Assembly: GCA_934169535.1 (NCBI GenBank)
Contig: CAKPOC010000001.1
Coordinates: forward strand, 1 to 36,395
Source: an uncultured Clostridia bacterium
GTDB lineage: Bacteria; Bacillota; Clostridia; TANB77; CAG-508
DNA: 36,395 bases
Direction of reading: 5' to 3'
Part shown: positions 35,954 to 36,395 of the stretch, piece after piece
How the letters are laid out: each line of letters opens with the position of its first letter
Numbering within the stretch: position 1 is the stretch's first letter
The notes under the pieces: model-generated
Databases searched by the model: none
The model's input: only the letters and a program-made list of their open reading frames with translations
Told to the model about the DNA's origin: nothing
Program-made: the position numbers and the translations under genes

Positions 35954-35968
35954 TTCAAAACCTCCAAA

Positions 35969-35996
35969 CAAAAAAATAAAGCCCCATAGGACTCTA
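35969..35996 (-). terminator. Weak minus-strand hairpin plus U-run just upstream of the 33-aa ORF
   Basis: Read as minus-strand RNA: AGAGUCC-UAUG-GGGCUUU (7 bp including two G-U pairs), followed by AUUUUUUU. The same pairs become A-C mismatches on the plus strand. Confidence 0.3.
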
Positions 35997-36395
35997 AAAA
36001 TTTTTAAAAATTATTTGAATTGATTATAATAAATACAGAAGACAGATACCACAAAAATGTAGCATGTCCGATTAAGAATACATCTCTAACGGTCTGTACT
36101 GAACCCAAAAAGCAGAATGTGTTGTTGTTTTTTTATGGAGCAGGTGAGCAACAGGTTATGAACTATGTTTCATTTCTAAAATTATTATATATAATTTATT
36201 ATTTAAATACCACGGAAATATGGAGATTTTTGTTAATTTATAGTATAATAATTATAATTTAAATTTCTAGAGTCGAAATTATGTCGGTGGTAAATTTGTA
36301 TTTATTAAATGAAAAAGAAAAATTAGCTAGAAAAAAATATAAGGAAAAAATCAACTTGGATTGAATGCTAAATTGCAAAAGATTGTGTAAAGCCT

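Noticed and set aside
36020-36262. 80-aa plus-strand ORF near the right edge.
   Set aside because: It has no ribosome-binding site at its start, and its C-terminal half is an Ile/Tyr/Leu run typical of AT-rich non-coding DNA. I treat it as non-coding and flag the region separately as unexplained.

Overview
This is a visibly AT-rich chromosomal stretch from a low-GC, spore-forming Firmicute (Clostridia-like). The lineage call rests on yqfC, yqfD and pdaA sporulation genes, era-yqzL-recO synteny, extended -10 promoters and GGAGG ribosome-binding sites. It is almost entirely core housekeeping. It holds three tRNAs (CAU and Tyr at the left edge, Gly-GCC near the right). It also holds rplU-rpmA, trpS, serS, gltX, the GTPases obg, era and engB, and pth, an RNase E/G-family gene, RNase J, ybeY, lexA, uvrC, recO, mreB, a GT51 transglycosylase, glmS, tsaC and an rRNA-modification gene pair. 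I saw no CRISPR array, integrase, transposase or phage genes. The only clearly accessory pieces are a mazEF toxin-antitoxin cassette with an operator palindrome beside the left tRNAs, several orphan proteins (171, 320 and 408 aa) with no domain I can recognise, an orphan AgrC-type histidine kinase, and two short unannotated ORFs with strong Shine-Dalgarno sites. I cannot point to a convincing novel multi-gene system. The features most worth follow-up are listed here. (1) A two-gene lexA operon carries an SOS-box-like site over its -35 and a co-transcribed membrane protein. (2) A 408-aa unknown protein sits where phoH and yqfF normally lie in the yqfCD-ybeY operon. (3) A stand-alone tRNA-Gly has a covaried A19:U56 elbow pair. 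(4) L27 lacks the Firmicute propeptide and prp is absent. (5) Lysine-rich extensions recur on L27, L21 and RNase J. (6) The RNase E/G homologue stops before the Zn-link. All functional calls come from reading motifs in the supplied translations, and no database search was run.
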